The notes under the pieces were generated by a model. It was given only the letters and a program-made list of their open reading frames with translations. It did no database searches and was not told the origin of the DNA. Positions 1-9,535 of a stretch of 43,095 nucleotides of DNA are shown one piece after another. The stretch's first letter is position 1; each line of letters opens with the position of its first letter. The stretch lies in sequence record SRR20825006_1774; one strand, 5' to 3'. Position numbers and translations under genes: made by a program.

Positions 1-88
1 GGTGAGCAATTCGGTGCCCCTCAAAAATGATCCTCTCGGAGACCCTGAAAAATGGGCTTTTTTTGTATAAAGTTCGAGTCCCGTCCAC

Positions 89-252
89 TATTTTATGACC
101 AGAGATATGCCGTGGAAAGGACCAATGCTTCGATGGACAGCTTCCGCCCGTTGCTCAACAGATTCTATACAACCATTGAGAGCTGGAAAGGATTCAACTA
201 CCTCACTTTTTATCGTATTGTCCCTGAAAAATTTCAAATCAAAAAAGTTTAA
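89..252 (+). pseudogene. C-terminal remnant of an IS5-family transposase
   Basis: Translation ..YDQRYAVERTNASMDSFRPLLNRFYTTIESWKGFNYL.. resembles the R-x-x-V/I-E-R-T (third DDE residue) C-terminal segment of Bacteroidota IS5 transposases. No N-terminal part is present. Confidence 0.7.
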
Positions 253-427
253 ATGAGTTTCATAACTAAACGATGCATTATTTGCTTCTTATTGGTTGAT
301 TTTGACCTTTATTTGTTAAATTTTAGTTAAACTAGAGCCCCTTTCGGTGGCGGCAAAATTTTACTCCTGTCAAAACTCCTAAAAACACTGAGTTTTTCCA
401 ATTCGAAAAAGACCCTCTTCCCTCCGC

Positions 428-465
428 AAAAAAGCCCGCAACCAATGTTGCGGGTTTTTATTTTT
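428..465. terminator. Bidirectional intrinsic terminator
   Basis: aaaaaagCCCGCAAC caat GTTGCGGG tttttattttt: hairpin with A- and T-tracts, just past the stop of the 498-2897 gene. Confidence 0.8.
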
Positions 466-497
466 AATGATGTCGTTGAAAACAATTCATTACGGAA

Positions 498-2897
498 TTA
501 TTCTTGTTGATTGGATGAATAATTGGTTTCAAAAGGACTGCAGTTTTGTTCTGTATAATATAAAAAACCATTGGAGGACATTCCTTCAATTATAACCTTT
601 ACCTCCCGTTGTTCATTTAAAGGAACTGTAATTGAATATGGGACATCTGAGTGTATCTCAAATTGACTTTCCCACCAAATGGCTCCATATCTTTGATATA
701 ACGATGAACCATAATCTGGGTAATTTGGAGCAAAATAGGCTTGTGCCCTACTGAATCCTTTTGGTACAGCAATACTTGTCAACTTATCCCTACCATATAA
801 TCCATCATAATCAGACCGTAACGACAAAGAAATAAATGACCCTTGATGAGGAGTTACATACCTATTATAAACCATCGATTTTACCATGGAAAGGGGCATG
901 GACATAAGTTGTCCCGAATCAACCGGAAGTCCTTCTATTAAAACAGGCACTCGGGCTAGGTAAGGAGGATCGGGAACATAAACATTAATACCTCCTGCTT
1001 TTCTGTTGAGACGTGTTTGAAACCCCAATTTTCGTATGTAGCTTGTAAAACTTGGATACCGTTTCACGGTTGTTTTATCAATGATTCTCATTTGAATTTC
1101 AGGAGTTATTTGAAACTTTGTAGTCTCCTTTGCTCTTTCCGAAACTACCACTTCGTCCAGAGATATGATTCCATCCGTAAGATTAAAACTTTCATTCATT
1201 CTTAATTGCGAAACCCCTGATTTAAACCGACCCGCTTTGCTCAACCATTTGGTATAATCAAAAGTATCTGCATTGTTATCATCAAAATAGAGTTCCGCTT
1301 TTGGTTTTCTAAGTTTTCCTTTGTGGTTCAGTACGCTGATCATTATGGAATCCCCCTCAAACAAAGGCAGGTTTCCTTCAAAATTTTTGTTGGTTGAGAG
1401 CTCAAAAAAATTGACTGTACCCAATGCTTGGGAAAACAACGAAACTTGTTTTTCGTTTTCGAGGTCGGCATCCAAAATCTTACCGTTGAAAGCAATGTCC
1501 TCTTCATGTTTGTAAGTGCTATTTTTAGCATTTCCTGCTCTGATATACTGGTCAAACCTTTCGGTCCTCTCCATAAGTAATCTGGTGTCCATTTGATAAT
1601 CCCTTGAACGTTTATTGCCACCAAAAAAATAGCGGCCTTCAATATGTTTATGGAGATAAGGCTGAATCAAAAAAGAAGAGGCTATGGAATTATCAGGGAA
1701 GTTTGCATTTGATTCAGCGGGTAAAACCGACAAACTTAAATTGGCCATTTGATGCCCTTGAGGAAGTATCATATCTATCTGTAAGGAATCTTGAGCTTTG
1801 TTTAAACAATAGCTTACATTTACAGAACCTACCCTTTCCTTCAAATTTTGTCTATTAAAGAACATACGTTGTGAAATGGGTCTCATAGTTTCATCCAAAA
1901 TCACCGCTGTATTGATTCCGCCAGGGATTTGATTGCGATTTATGGAAATGGGACCACTATCTCCATTAAACTCATAACGATAAACATAATTTCCGTTTAC
2001 ATGGTTATAAATAGCCATAGAAAATTTCTCGTTATTTAAAATAGATTTAGACCGTTTGGGGTTTAGTACAACAACATCCTTTGCTGTATTATCGATGTTT
2101 ATTCCTATTCCATGGTGTGGTTTAACTTCGAGCTCCTTGGTAATCCAAAGACCGTTTGTATTTTGTAATTTCAAAAAATAGGTTTCGGTTGGGTCGGCAA
2201 AAAAACCAAATCTACCTTGCCCTAATTGGTTTGTTTGAATGTTAGATTGTATTCGTTCACCTTTTCCCGTAATCAGTTGTATTTTTTTGGCATTTATTGG
2301 TTGTAAGGCTGGGTTAAAAATCTTAAAGCCGACATTATTGTATGTGTTCGCTACAATTTGTTGCCCTTCGGGATAAACTAAAACAGTGATGCCACCTTTG
2401 TTCTTTGATTCTGATTGTTCCCCTACTCCAATGATTTCTATATTTTGAAGAAAAGGAGTAGTAAACTCAAAATTCTTCATGTAGTTGGTCCAGGCCATTA
2501 TGGTATACGAATCCTCAATAAAAGTTGAATCAACTTTAAAATCACCAAAAGAAACACCATTGCGTACTAAAAACATCTTTTTTGTTAGCATGTTTCCATC
2601 TTTTGAAAAAACTCCTACATGTAGGTTTTTCGTGGCCAAGGATGGTAAATGTTGATTCTGATTTTGAACATATGCCTTGAACCATATGTGCTCTCCCTTT
2701 AAAAAGGCCGTTTTATTCAATTGTAGGTGGATATTTTCAAGTAAATGCAGATCTTCTGTCCCTTTGGCTGCCCGTTCCTGTGCAAGGGCAACAATTGACA
2801 GAATAAAAAAAAGAAGGGATATAACTATGTTTTGAATACGGTACACTGTAAATAAAGGTAAGACATTACCGTTGGATACCAAATAGTTAAACATCAT
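498..2897 (-). CDS. Large secreted/outer-membrane-associated Bacteroidota protein (MG2-like N-terminus, possible plug-like C-terminal region); true start probably somewhat downstream of 2897
   Basis: 799-aa ORF. It has a signal-peptide-like stretch ISLLFFILSIVALAQE, the motif ENIHLQLNK..GEHIWFKAYV, SLDEVVV and a C-terminal GAIWW..VIIEGMSSNG, as seen in a common ~800-aa Flavobacteriaceae family. Confidence 0.65.
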   Translation of the reverse strand: MMFNYLVSNGNVLPLFTVYRIQNIVISLLFFILSIVALAQERAAKGTEDLHLLENIHLQLNKTAFLKGEHIWFKAYVQNQNQHLPSLATKNLHVGVFSKDGNMLTKKMFLVRNGVSFGDFKVDSTFIEDSYTIMAWTNYMKNFEFTTPFLQNIEIIGVGEQSESKNKGGITVLVYPEGQQIVANTYNNVGFKIFNPALQPINAKKIQLITGKGERIQSNIQTNQLGQGRFGFFADPTETYFLKLQNTNGLWITKELEVKPHHGIGINIDNTAKDVVVLNPKRSKSILNNEKFSMAIYNHVNGNYVYRYEFNGDSGPISINRNQIPGGINTAVILDETMRPISQRMFFNRQNLKERVGSVNVSYCLNKAQDSLQIDMILPQGHQMANLSLSVLPAESNANFPDNSIASSFLIQPYLHKHIEGRYFFGGNKRSRDYQMDTRLLMERTERFDQYIRAGNAKNSTYKHEEDIAFNGKILDADLENEKQVSLFSQALGTVNFFELSTNKNFEGNLPLFEGDSIMISVLNHKGKLRKPKAELYFDDNNADTFDYTKWLSKAGRFKSGVSQLRMNESFNLTDGIISLDEVVVSERAKETTKFQITPEIQMRIIDKTTVKRYPSFTSYIRKLGFQTRLNRKAGGINVYVPDPPYLARVPVLIEGLPVDSGQLMSMPLSMVKSMVYNRYVTPHQGSFISLSLRSDYDGLYGRDKLTSIAVPKGFSRAQAYFAPNYPDYGSSLYQRYGAIWWESQFEIHSDVPYSITVPLNEQREVKVIIEGMSSNGFLYYTEQNCSPFETNYSSNQQE

Positions 2898-3008
2898 TCG
2901 AAAAAAAATGATGCAATACGTTTTGTTTAAATAAGAACAACATTATCCTATATTTTTTATTTGGAGTGAATATTCTATTTACCGTATAGATGCTTAACTT
3001 TAACCGTG

Positions 3009-3356
3009 ATGAAAAGCGAAAAAGAACTAAAAATACGTTGCTGGATAGATATTGAGGGAAAGAAGTTTTTTGGTCCTGGACGCGCTCAATTATTGATGAT
3101 GATCGATAAAAATGGTTCCCTGTCCAAAGCGGCCAAGGAAATGGGCATGTCCTACCGCAAAGCTTGGTCCATGGTGGAAGATATGAATCAACGGGGGCAG
3201 CAACCTTACGTGGAACTTCACAAAGGTGGGGCCCAAGGCGGAGGTGCCGAATTAACCGAGACCGGTAAAAAAGTGCTTTCCTCTTTCATCCAAATGAACG
3301 ATAAAATCAAAGAAACCGTAGCGCAACATGCGGATGAAATGCTGGGACTGATTTAA
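3009..3356 (+). CDS. modE: ModE-family transcriptional regulator, winged-HTH domain only
   Basis: FFGPGRAQLL..GSLSKAAKEMGMSYRKAW..KGGAQGGGAELT is the ModE N-terminal signature. Adjacent to the Moco operon. No molybdate-binding TOBE domains. Confidence 0.85.
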   Translation: MKSEKELKIRCWIDIEGKKFFGPGRAQLLMMIDKNGSLSKAAKEMGMSYRKAWSMVEDMNQRGQQPYVELHKGGAQGGGAELTETGKKVLSSFIQMNDKIKETVAQHADEMLGLI

Positions 3357-4108
3357 ATCTTTATACTAAAACCGTGCAACAGAATCAATCGAAAGCCCAC
3401 GTAAAGTACCAAAATACTGGTTAGCACGCCCAAAAACTTTAGGTTGAATTTTTTGTTGGACAAATAAGAACCGATACTTCCTCCAATCACTACCGCCAAT
3501 ACCAATCGTAACATCAATTCATTGTTCCACTTGAAGGTTCCTGCCATATTGAGGCCAATGACACCCGAAATGGAATTCACCAAAATAAAAACGGATGCCA
3601 AGGATGCAATGGTTCTTGGGTTGGCCCATTTTAAAAGGTTTAGCACCGGTGACAAGAAAATACCTCCGCCGATACCCGATACGCCCGATAGCAATCCGAT
3701 ACTTCCGCCCAACAGCAGTTTTTTGGGGTTGGAGAACTCGTAGGTATCCATTTTTTTCTTCACAAAACGCAGCAGCATAAAAATACCGGCCAGGACAAGG
3801 GCAATTCCCAACACCATAAAAAAAGAAGTTTTGGAAAGTCGTAACTGTGCTCCGAAATAGGCCATTGGGATGCTTGCCGCCAGAAAAGGCCAAAACTTTT
3901 TTAGATTAAATACGCGATTCTTGATAAAAAACAGCGTTCCAATCGTGACCACACAAATATTTAAAACCAGTGCCGTGGAGCGTATCTCGTAAAAATCCGT
4001 CAAGAAAAGACTTAAAATCGCCAAATAGCTGGAGCCACCACCAAATCCTACGGAGCTATAGAAGAGCGCAATCAGAAAAAAGACAATGGGCAGGTATTCA
4101 ACGCTCAT
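3353..4108 (-). CDS. Sulfite exporter TauE/SafE family membrane protein
   Basis: Two G-rich motifs (SSVGFGGGS and GVSGIGGGIFLSP), about 8 hydrophobic helices, last gene of the Moco operon. Confidence 0.88.
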   Translation of the reverse strand: MSVEYLPIVFFLIALFYSSVGFGGGSSYLAILSLFLTDFYEIRSTALVLNICVVTIGTLFFIKNRVFNLKKFWPFLAASIPMAYFGAQLRLSKTSFFMVLGIALVLAGIFMLLRFVKKKMDTYEFSNPKKLLLGGSIGLLSGVSGIGGGIFLSPVLNLLKWANPRTIASLASVFILVNSISGVIGLNMAGTFKWNNELMLRLVLAVVIGGSIGSYLSNKKFNLKFLGVLTSILVLYVGFRLILLHGFSIKI

Positions 4109-4111
4109 CGA

Positions 4112-5278
4112 TTAGGAAATTAGCTTGCATTTCATCAGGTCGCCTTCCTTGAACTTCTCTCCATCTTCCACAAAAGCCAGCGCATTCCCTTTGGCCATGG
4201 ATTGAATCATAGAAGAGCCTTGACCGTCCAAAACCTCTACTTTTCCATCTATAACCGCAGCTTTTAGAAAGGAAGGACGTCCAAAACGATTTTCATACGG
4301 ATGCTTTATAGGAAATTGGTAAGTGGGCAATCCATATTCCTGATATCCCGATAATTTTTGAAGCAACGGAAGCACGTATACATAAAAACAGGTAAGCGAA
4401 GATGCTGGGTTTCCTGGCAAGGCAAACACAAATTGATTTTGCTTTCGTCCAAAATACAAAGGCTTCCCTGGTTTTTGAAATACCTTGTAAAACAATTCAT
4501 CGACTCCGTTTTCTTCGAGGGATTGCTTCACGAAATCATAATCGCCCACGGATATTCCACCAGAGATAATAAGCACATCACAAGAATTCAATGCGGTTTC
4601 GACACCAGCTTTGGTAGCCTCAAGATCATCCCGTAGCTGTATTTTTTGGTGGTGATGAAACCCGAATTGCCGCAGTGCTCCTGCAATTGCATAGCTGTTG
4701 GATTCATAGATCTGTCCCTCGGTTTTGGATTCACCCGGTTTTACCAGTTCATTTCCCGTTGTGATGATGTTGACTCGCGGTTTGGAAAAAACCTCTAGTG
4801 TTGACAACCCCAAACTGCCCATCAACGCCAAGGAGGGTGGGTTCAACATATGGCCTTTTTCAAACACCGCTTGTCCTTCGACCAACTGACCACCTTTTTT
4901 ACGGATGTTTTGTCCTGCTTTGGGCTTCTCATCAAGAAACAACGTGCGCTCTTTCACGGAGGTTTTCTCCTGCATCATTACGGCAGAAGTATTTTGGGGC
5001 ACTTTGGCTCCCGTAAAAATGCGAACGGCCTCGCCATCTTGCAACACAATATCCTTGGAATCACCAGCAGCCACCTCCCCTACCAGTTGATACTCTTGAT
5101 AAAGCCCACCAAGGGCATATCCGTCCATCGCGGAATTGTCAAACTCGGGCACATCAAAAGGGGATGCCGTATTTGTGGCAAGGGCATGGCTCAGCGACGC
5201 TTCAAGCGGTTTTGTTTCCCTGTTTAAAGTGATTTTTTGATCTTCAATAATGCGAAGTGCTTCTTCAATCGTAACCAT
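4112..5278 (-). CDS. moeA: Molybdopterin molybdotransferase MoeA
   Basis: PEFDNSAMDGYA, RIFTGAKVP, TTGNEL, SGGISVGDYD, KPGKP and LPGNP motifs. Confidence 0.96.
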   Translation of the reverse strand: MVTIEEALRIIEDQKITLNRETKPLEASLSHALATNTASPFDVPEFDNSAMDGYALGGLYQEYQLVGEVAAGDSKDIVLQDGEAVRIFTGAKVPQNTSAVMMQEKTSVKERTLFLDEKPKAGQNIRKKGGQLVEGQAVFEKGHMLNPPSLALMGSLGLSTLEVFSKPRVNIITTGNELVKPGESKTEGQIYESNSYAIAGALRQFGFHHHQKIQLRDDLEATKAGVETALNSCDVLIISGGISVGDYDFVKQSLEENGVDELFYKVFQKPGKPLYFGRKQNQFVFALPGNPASSLTCFYVYVLPLLQKLSGYQEYGLPTYQFPIKHPYENRFGRPSFLKAAVIDGKVEVLDGQGSSMIQSMAKGNALAFVEDGEKFKEGDLMKCKLIS

Positions 5279-6270
5279 TAGCCCCCTATTGAAATCATTG
5301 AGCGGTTTTGCTCGTAGTGTTCGGCATCCATCTTTACATCCATTCCATCTCTGGAATGCTTTTTGGATTTTATGGCCTCCAAAATGGTGCTTTCAATCTT
5401 TTCCCCATTACGAAATGGCGTCAACAAATCGGTTTCGGAGGTGGCAAAAAGACAATTTTTCATTTTCCCATCCGCCGTCAAACGAATACGGTTGCAGTCA
5501 TCACAAAACGGATTGGTAATCGTGCTCACAATGCCAAAACTGCCTTTGTGTCCCTTTACCCTAAAGTTGGTGGAAGTGCTGTGTTTTGGATTTTGCAAAG
5601 TTTCTATTTCCCCGAACTTATCGCCAACCGTCTGTAAAATTTCTTCTTTGGACACGCCCTTGCTCCAATCCCATTTATTGCCTTTGAAAGGCATAAACTC
5701 AATGAACTTGGGCGTAATCTTCTTATCCTTGGTCAAAGCGATAAAATCGTTGATTTCCTTGTCGTTCACACCTTTGATCAATACAATATTGAGCTTGATG
5801 TCCATACCCATATCCAAGGCCATGTTCAAGTTGCGCATAATGCGCTCGTAATAATCACGCTTGGTAATGAACACCGATTTCGCCTTGTCCAGCGTATCCA
5901 GACTGAAGTTGATCTTGCGAAGCCCGATTTTATCGAACAGTTCCAAGTATTTGTCGAGCACAATGCCGTTAGTGGTCAATTTTAGGGTTACGCCCAATTT
6001 GGCCAACTCTTCTACCAAATAGCCAAAATTCTTCCGAACCAAAGGTTCACCGCCCGTTAAACGCACCGTATCCACCCCCAAATCCCGAAATGTCCGTGTC
6101 ATTTCAATGATTTCCTCCAGCGTCATGATGCTGGGTTTTTCCATCAGCTCAATTCCTTCTTCGGGCATGCAGTAAAAGCATCGCAGGTTGCATCTATCCG
6201 TCAACGAAATGCGGAGATAGGTATGTGGCCTACCGAAATTGTCGATTATTTGTGGTTTTTTGTCAATCAT
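5278..6270 (-). CDS. moaA: GTP 3',8-cyclase MoaA (radical SAM)
   Basis: YLRISLTDRCNLRCFYCMP, LTGGEP, FCDDCNRIRLTADG..C and C-terminal MISIGG. Confidence 0.97.
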   Translation of the reverse strand: MIDKKPQIIDNFGRPHTYLRISLTDRCNLRCFYCMPEEGIELMEKPSIMTLEEIIEMTRTFRDLGVDTVRLTGGEPLVRKNFGYLVEELAKLGVTLKLTTNGIVLDKYLELFDKIGLRKINFSLDTLDKAKSVFITKRDYYERIMRNLNMALDMGMDIKLNIVLIKGVNDKEINDFIALTKDKKITPKFIEFMPFKGNKWDWSKGVSKEEILQTVGDKFGEIETLQNPKHSTSTNFRVKGHKGSFGIVSTITNPFCDDCNRIRLTADGKMKNCLFATSETDLLTPFRNGEKIESTILEAIKSKKHSRDGMDVKMDAEHYEQNRSMISIGG

Positions 6271-7159
6271 GTCTTCTTCCTTCTATCACTTTAAATGCGT
6301 GCAGCACGTGGGGGAAAATCGCATCCATCGATTCTGCAGCACCTTTGGTGGAACCCGGCAGTGCCAGAATGATTCTGCCGTCCTTGATGCCCGCGATGGA
6401 ACGCGAGAACATCGCATATGGCATCCGATTTTGCCCGTAGCTACGCATTTGTTCTTCTACTCCCTTTAGTTTGATGTCCAACAAGGGCTCCAAGGTCTGT
6501 GGAGTGACATCTCGGGGTCCCACGCCCGTTCCTCCTGTGAAAATCAACAAGTCCGCAGTGGTACTGTCCACTTTTTTGATGATTTCCTCAGCTTCATCGG
6601 GAATAATGCTTTTTTGAGATACCACTCCCAAAGCCTTCAATTTCTCGATGATAGCCTCCCCTGCCCTGTCCTCGCCTTTTCCTTTGGAAATGGTATCGGA
6701 ACAAACAACAACATCCGCAGTCAACCCTTCTGAATTGATTTTGAAAGAGGATTTTCCTCCTTTTTTCGATTTGAGACGAATGGTGCTGATTTCTACGTTT
6801 TTATCAATCGGTTTGAGCATATCGTACATCGTAAGTGCCACAACGCTGGCGCCGTGCATCGCCTCTACCTCCACCCCTGTTTTATAAATGGTCTTTACCG
6901 TCATCGAAATGATGATGTCCAAACCATCGATTTCATAATCGATTCCGGTATATTCGATGGGCAATGGATGGCAATCGGGCAACAGGTCCGGCGTTTTTTT
7001 GACGCCCAACAACCCGGCTGCCTTGGCCATTTCAAACACATTCCCTTTGGGAACGGCATTGTTTTCTATCGCATCAATCGTAGCCTGACTGCTCGTTTTC
7101 ACGATAGCTTCCGCGGTGGCTTCCCGCAAGGTGGTCACTTTATGTGTAATGTCTACCAT
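6263..7159 (-). CDS. moaCB: Bifunctional MoaC/MoaB(MogA-like) fusion
   Basis: N-terminal MVDITHK, LPDCHPLP and TGVEVEAM (MoaC). C-terminal TGGTGVGPRDVTP and LPGS (MoaB/Mog). Confidence 0.93.
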   Translation of the reverse strand: MVDITHKVTTLREATAEAIVKTSSQATIDAIENNAVPKGNVFEMAKAAGLLGVKKTPDLLPDCHPLPIEYTGIDYEIDGLDIIISMTVKTIYKTGVEVEAMHGASVVALTMYDMLKPIDKNVEISTIRLKSKKGGKSSFKINSEGLTADVVVCSDTISKGKGEDRAGEAIIEKLKALGVVSQKSIIPDEAEEIIKKVDSTTADLLIFTGGTGVGPRDVTPQTLEPLLDIKLKGVEEQMRSYGQNRMPYAMFSRSIAGIKDGRIILALPGSTKGAAESMDAIFPHVLHAFKVIEGRRHD

Positions 7160-7603
7160 TTACTTGTTTACTTTCCATTGATGGGTTTCGTCCTCAAAAA
7201 TCTCTTTACCGAATACGGGCGCTTTCGCCTTGATTTCCTCTACAAAAAAGTTGGTGGCCGCTATCGCAATCTTTCGGTGTGCCGATGATGTAAACACAAA
7301 TAGGCATAGCTCGCCCACCTGAACCTTGCCCAAACTGTGGTAAATATGGGCACAGGTAATGTCGAACTTGGAAAAAGCCGCCTCCCGAATTTCGTGGAAC
7401 ACTTTTTCCGCCATTTCCTCATAGGCCGTATAATCGATGGCTGTTACGGTTTTACCGTCCACTTCGTCGGCCCTGATCTGTCCCAAAAAAATACTATGGG
7501 CGCCAATATTGGTCTTGCTTTGGTGATTGGCCACCGAATTGGCTATTTTTTCGGGAGGAATCGCTCCTTGTACAAATACTTTTTTTGGTTTCTTTTTATC
7601 CAT
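7160..7603 (-). CDS. moaE: Molybdopterin synthase catalytic subunit MoaE
   Basis: GAHSIFLGQIR, YTAYEEMA, HSLG, SSAHR and IKAKAPVFGKE motifs. Confidence 0.94.
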   Translation of the reverse strand: MDKKKPKKVFVQGAIPPEKIANSVANHQSKTNIGAHSIFLGQIRADEVDGKTVTAIDYTAYEEMAEKVFHEIREAAFSKFDITCAHIYHSLGKVQVGELCLFVFTSSAHRKIAIAATNFFVEEIKAKAPVFGKEIFEDETHQWKVNK

Positions 7604-8609
7604 CAATAATTGTTTCTATGCCGCCTTCCACATTTTTAAGGTTGTGAAAGCCAAATTCATTTTTAAGGATTTCTATGGCGTTTTTGCTTCGCTTTCCTGA
7701 CTGGCAGAATACAAAAACTTTCTGATTGTTCGGTATTTCTTGATATCGCAATGTTAAATCGCTCAAAGGAATGTTCAGTACTTTTTTGCCTTTTGGTTTG
7801 GGCTGCTCGAACACTTCCCGAACATCGAGGTACCAGTGTTCTGCATTTTTCAAATCGCAATCAATATAAACAGGGGCTATGCCCTCCTTGCGTATTTTGT
7901 CCACTTCTTCGGGGCGCTTGTTTATTTTGATGGTCTGCTCGCTGCCACGCATCATATTTATCAACTTTAGCTTGCCTGACAATACTTCTCCCGCGCCTAA
8001 GATTATTTTAAGAACTTCAGCAGCTTGAAGGCTGCCCAAAATACCTGGCAGCACGCCCAGCACGCCTGTGGTCTCACAACTGATGTTCTCTCTCGTACTT
8101 TTCGGAAACACACAGCGATAGGTGGGCCCATCCTTATAATTGAAGACCGACAATTGTCCTTCATTTTTGTAAATGGAGGCAAAAACCCAAGGTTTGTCGG
8201 CCAATAGGCAAGAATCGTTGATGAGATACTTGGTTTCAAAGTTGTCCGTACCATCCAAGACCATATCGTATTGCTTGATAATTTTCTCGGCGTTTGCAAT
8301 CGTCAACGGCTCTTCGTACACTTCAAACTGTACGTCAGAGTTCTGTTTTTCCAGACGTTCCTTGGCAACGATTGCTTTGGGTTTCCCAATATCCAACTCT
8401 TGAAAGAGGATTTGCCTATGCAGGTTGGACTTATCGACCCTATCGTGATCCATCAAACCAATGGTACCCACTCCTGCGCCGACCAGATACATTGCGGCAG
8501 GACAGCCCAATCCTCCAACACCAACAATCAACACCTTGGCATTGCGAAGCTTTTCCTGACCCTCTGGCCCAACTTCCTTGAGTTTTATTTGTCTGTCGTA
8601 TCTACTCAT
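7596..8609 (-). CDS. moeB: Molybdopterin-synthase adenylyltransferase MoeB with C-terminal rhodanese domain
   Basis: RYDRQI, GVGGLG, SNLHRQ and DGTDNF motifs. C-terminal LDVRE..CQSGKRS..NVEGGI rhodanese domain. Confidence 0.92.
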   Translation of the reverse strand: MSRYDRQIKLKEVGPEGQEKLRNAKVLIVGVGGLGCPAAMYLVGAGVGTIGLMDHDRVDKSNLHRQILFQELDIGKPKAIVAKERLEKQNSDVQFEVYEEPLTIANAEKIIKQYDMVLDGTDNFETKYLINDSCLLADKPWVFASIYKNEGQLSVFNYKDGPTYRCVFPKSTRENISCETTGVLGVLPGILGSLQAAEVLKIILGAGEVLSGKLKLINMMRGSEQTIKINKRPEEVDKIRKEGIAPVYIDCDLKNAEHWYLDVREVFEQPKPKGKKVLNIPLSDLTLRYQEIPNNQKVFVFCQSGKRSKNAIEILKNEFGFHNLKNVEGGIETIIDG

Positions 8610-8842
8610 CCTCCCGCGAACGGTGGCAACAAAGCCACTTCATCCCCATCTTTTAGGGTTGTTTTATCATCCAAATTTTGATTTACCGCAATCTGAACCG
8701 AGTCTTTATCCACAATCGAAAGTCCGTTCAGGCACTGTGTTTTTAGCTCCGAAGCGGTAAGTTGTCCTTTGAGTTCCATCACTTCTTCGGACTTTTCTGC
8801 GGCTTCGGCCACCAAACCGAAATATTTAACGGTTACTTTCAT
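8606..8842 (-). CDS. moaD: Sulfur carrier MoaD/ThiS family
   Basis: MKVTVKYFG...DGDEVALLPPFAGG with C-terminal GG. The ATG at 8842 gives the typical 78 aa. Confidence 0.93.
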   Translation of the reverse strand: MKVTVKYFGLVAEAAEKSEEVMELKGQLTASELKTQCLNGLSIVDKDSVQIAVNQNLDDKTTLKDGDEVALLPPFAGG

Positions 8843-8929
8843 CTGTTCTTTTTTTATTTGCTTTTGAACGGTCAGATGGAATGCCCCTGAACATATCGTT
8901 TGACACATCAACTTTGATTAATGGGCATT

Positions 8930-9535
8930 TCATACTTCCATTTTCTTTAATTGCCGAAGGTCTTCTTCGGTATCCACATCGAATCCACCCCTTTTAAAGG
9001 TCTCCGTACAGAAATTGAAATCATCCAGTTGCAAGAGTTTTTTGGCTCCTTCGTCGCCATCCAATTGCAACAACAACGGAAATGCGGCTTTTCCAAAAAT
9101 AGCCGGAACGCCAATATTTTCTCCATATTGGGAATAGGTCGCTTTTGGCTTTTTCGTTAATTGGGTATGCACCAATTTGATTAAGTTAGTACGCTCTAGA
9201 AAAGGTTGGTCGGATACCAGAAATAACACGCAATCCAATCCTGCTTCTTCCGCCAATGCAGCTTCCAAACCTATTTTGATACTGGATGCCATTCCTCGCT
9301 CCCAATCGCCGTTAACGACCACTTTAAAGCCTTTGGAATCAATTTTATCCTGAATTTTTTCTTGCTTTGCGCCCAACACTAAAATCTTGTTTTGAAAACC
9401 GAGCATACCAACTTCGTCCATCGTATGTTCCAAAAGTGTTTTTCCCTTGAATTCCACGAGCTGCTTGGGCCGTCCCAAACGAGTTGAACCTCCCGCGGCC
9501 AAAACAACCACTGCTATGTTTGCTTCTGCCTTCAA
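8930..9535 (-). CDS. mocA: MocA/YgfJ-like nucleotidyltransferase (probable Moco cytidylyltransferase)
   Basis: VLAAGGSTRLGRPKQL, WERGMASSI, DQPF, GDEGAK and DVDT motifs. Adjacent to xdhC. Confidence 0.82.
   Translation of the reverse strand: MKAEANIAVVVLAAGGSTRLGRPKQLVEFKGKTLLEHTMDEVGMLGFQNKILVLGAKQEKIQDKIDSKGFKVVVNGDWERGMASSIKIGLEAALAEEAGLDCVLFLVSDQPFLERTNLIKLVHTQLTKKPKATYSQYGENIGVPAIFGKAAFPLLLQLDGDEGAKKLLQLDDFNFCTETFKRGGFDVDTEEDLRQLKKMEV

Noticed and set aside
402-427. ttcgaaaaagaccctcttccctccgc resembling a tRNA-Ser 3' end before the terminator
   Set aside because: Too degenerate, with an interrupted T-loop; cannot be distinguished from chance.
8843-8929. 87-bp gap in the Moco operon with an AATGCCC/GGGCATT inverted repeat, and the ORF-track N-terminal extension of MoaD
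   Set aside because: Only a 7-bp stem with no recognisable Moco riboswitch features. MoaD family length supports the ATG at 8842.
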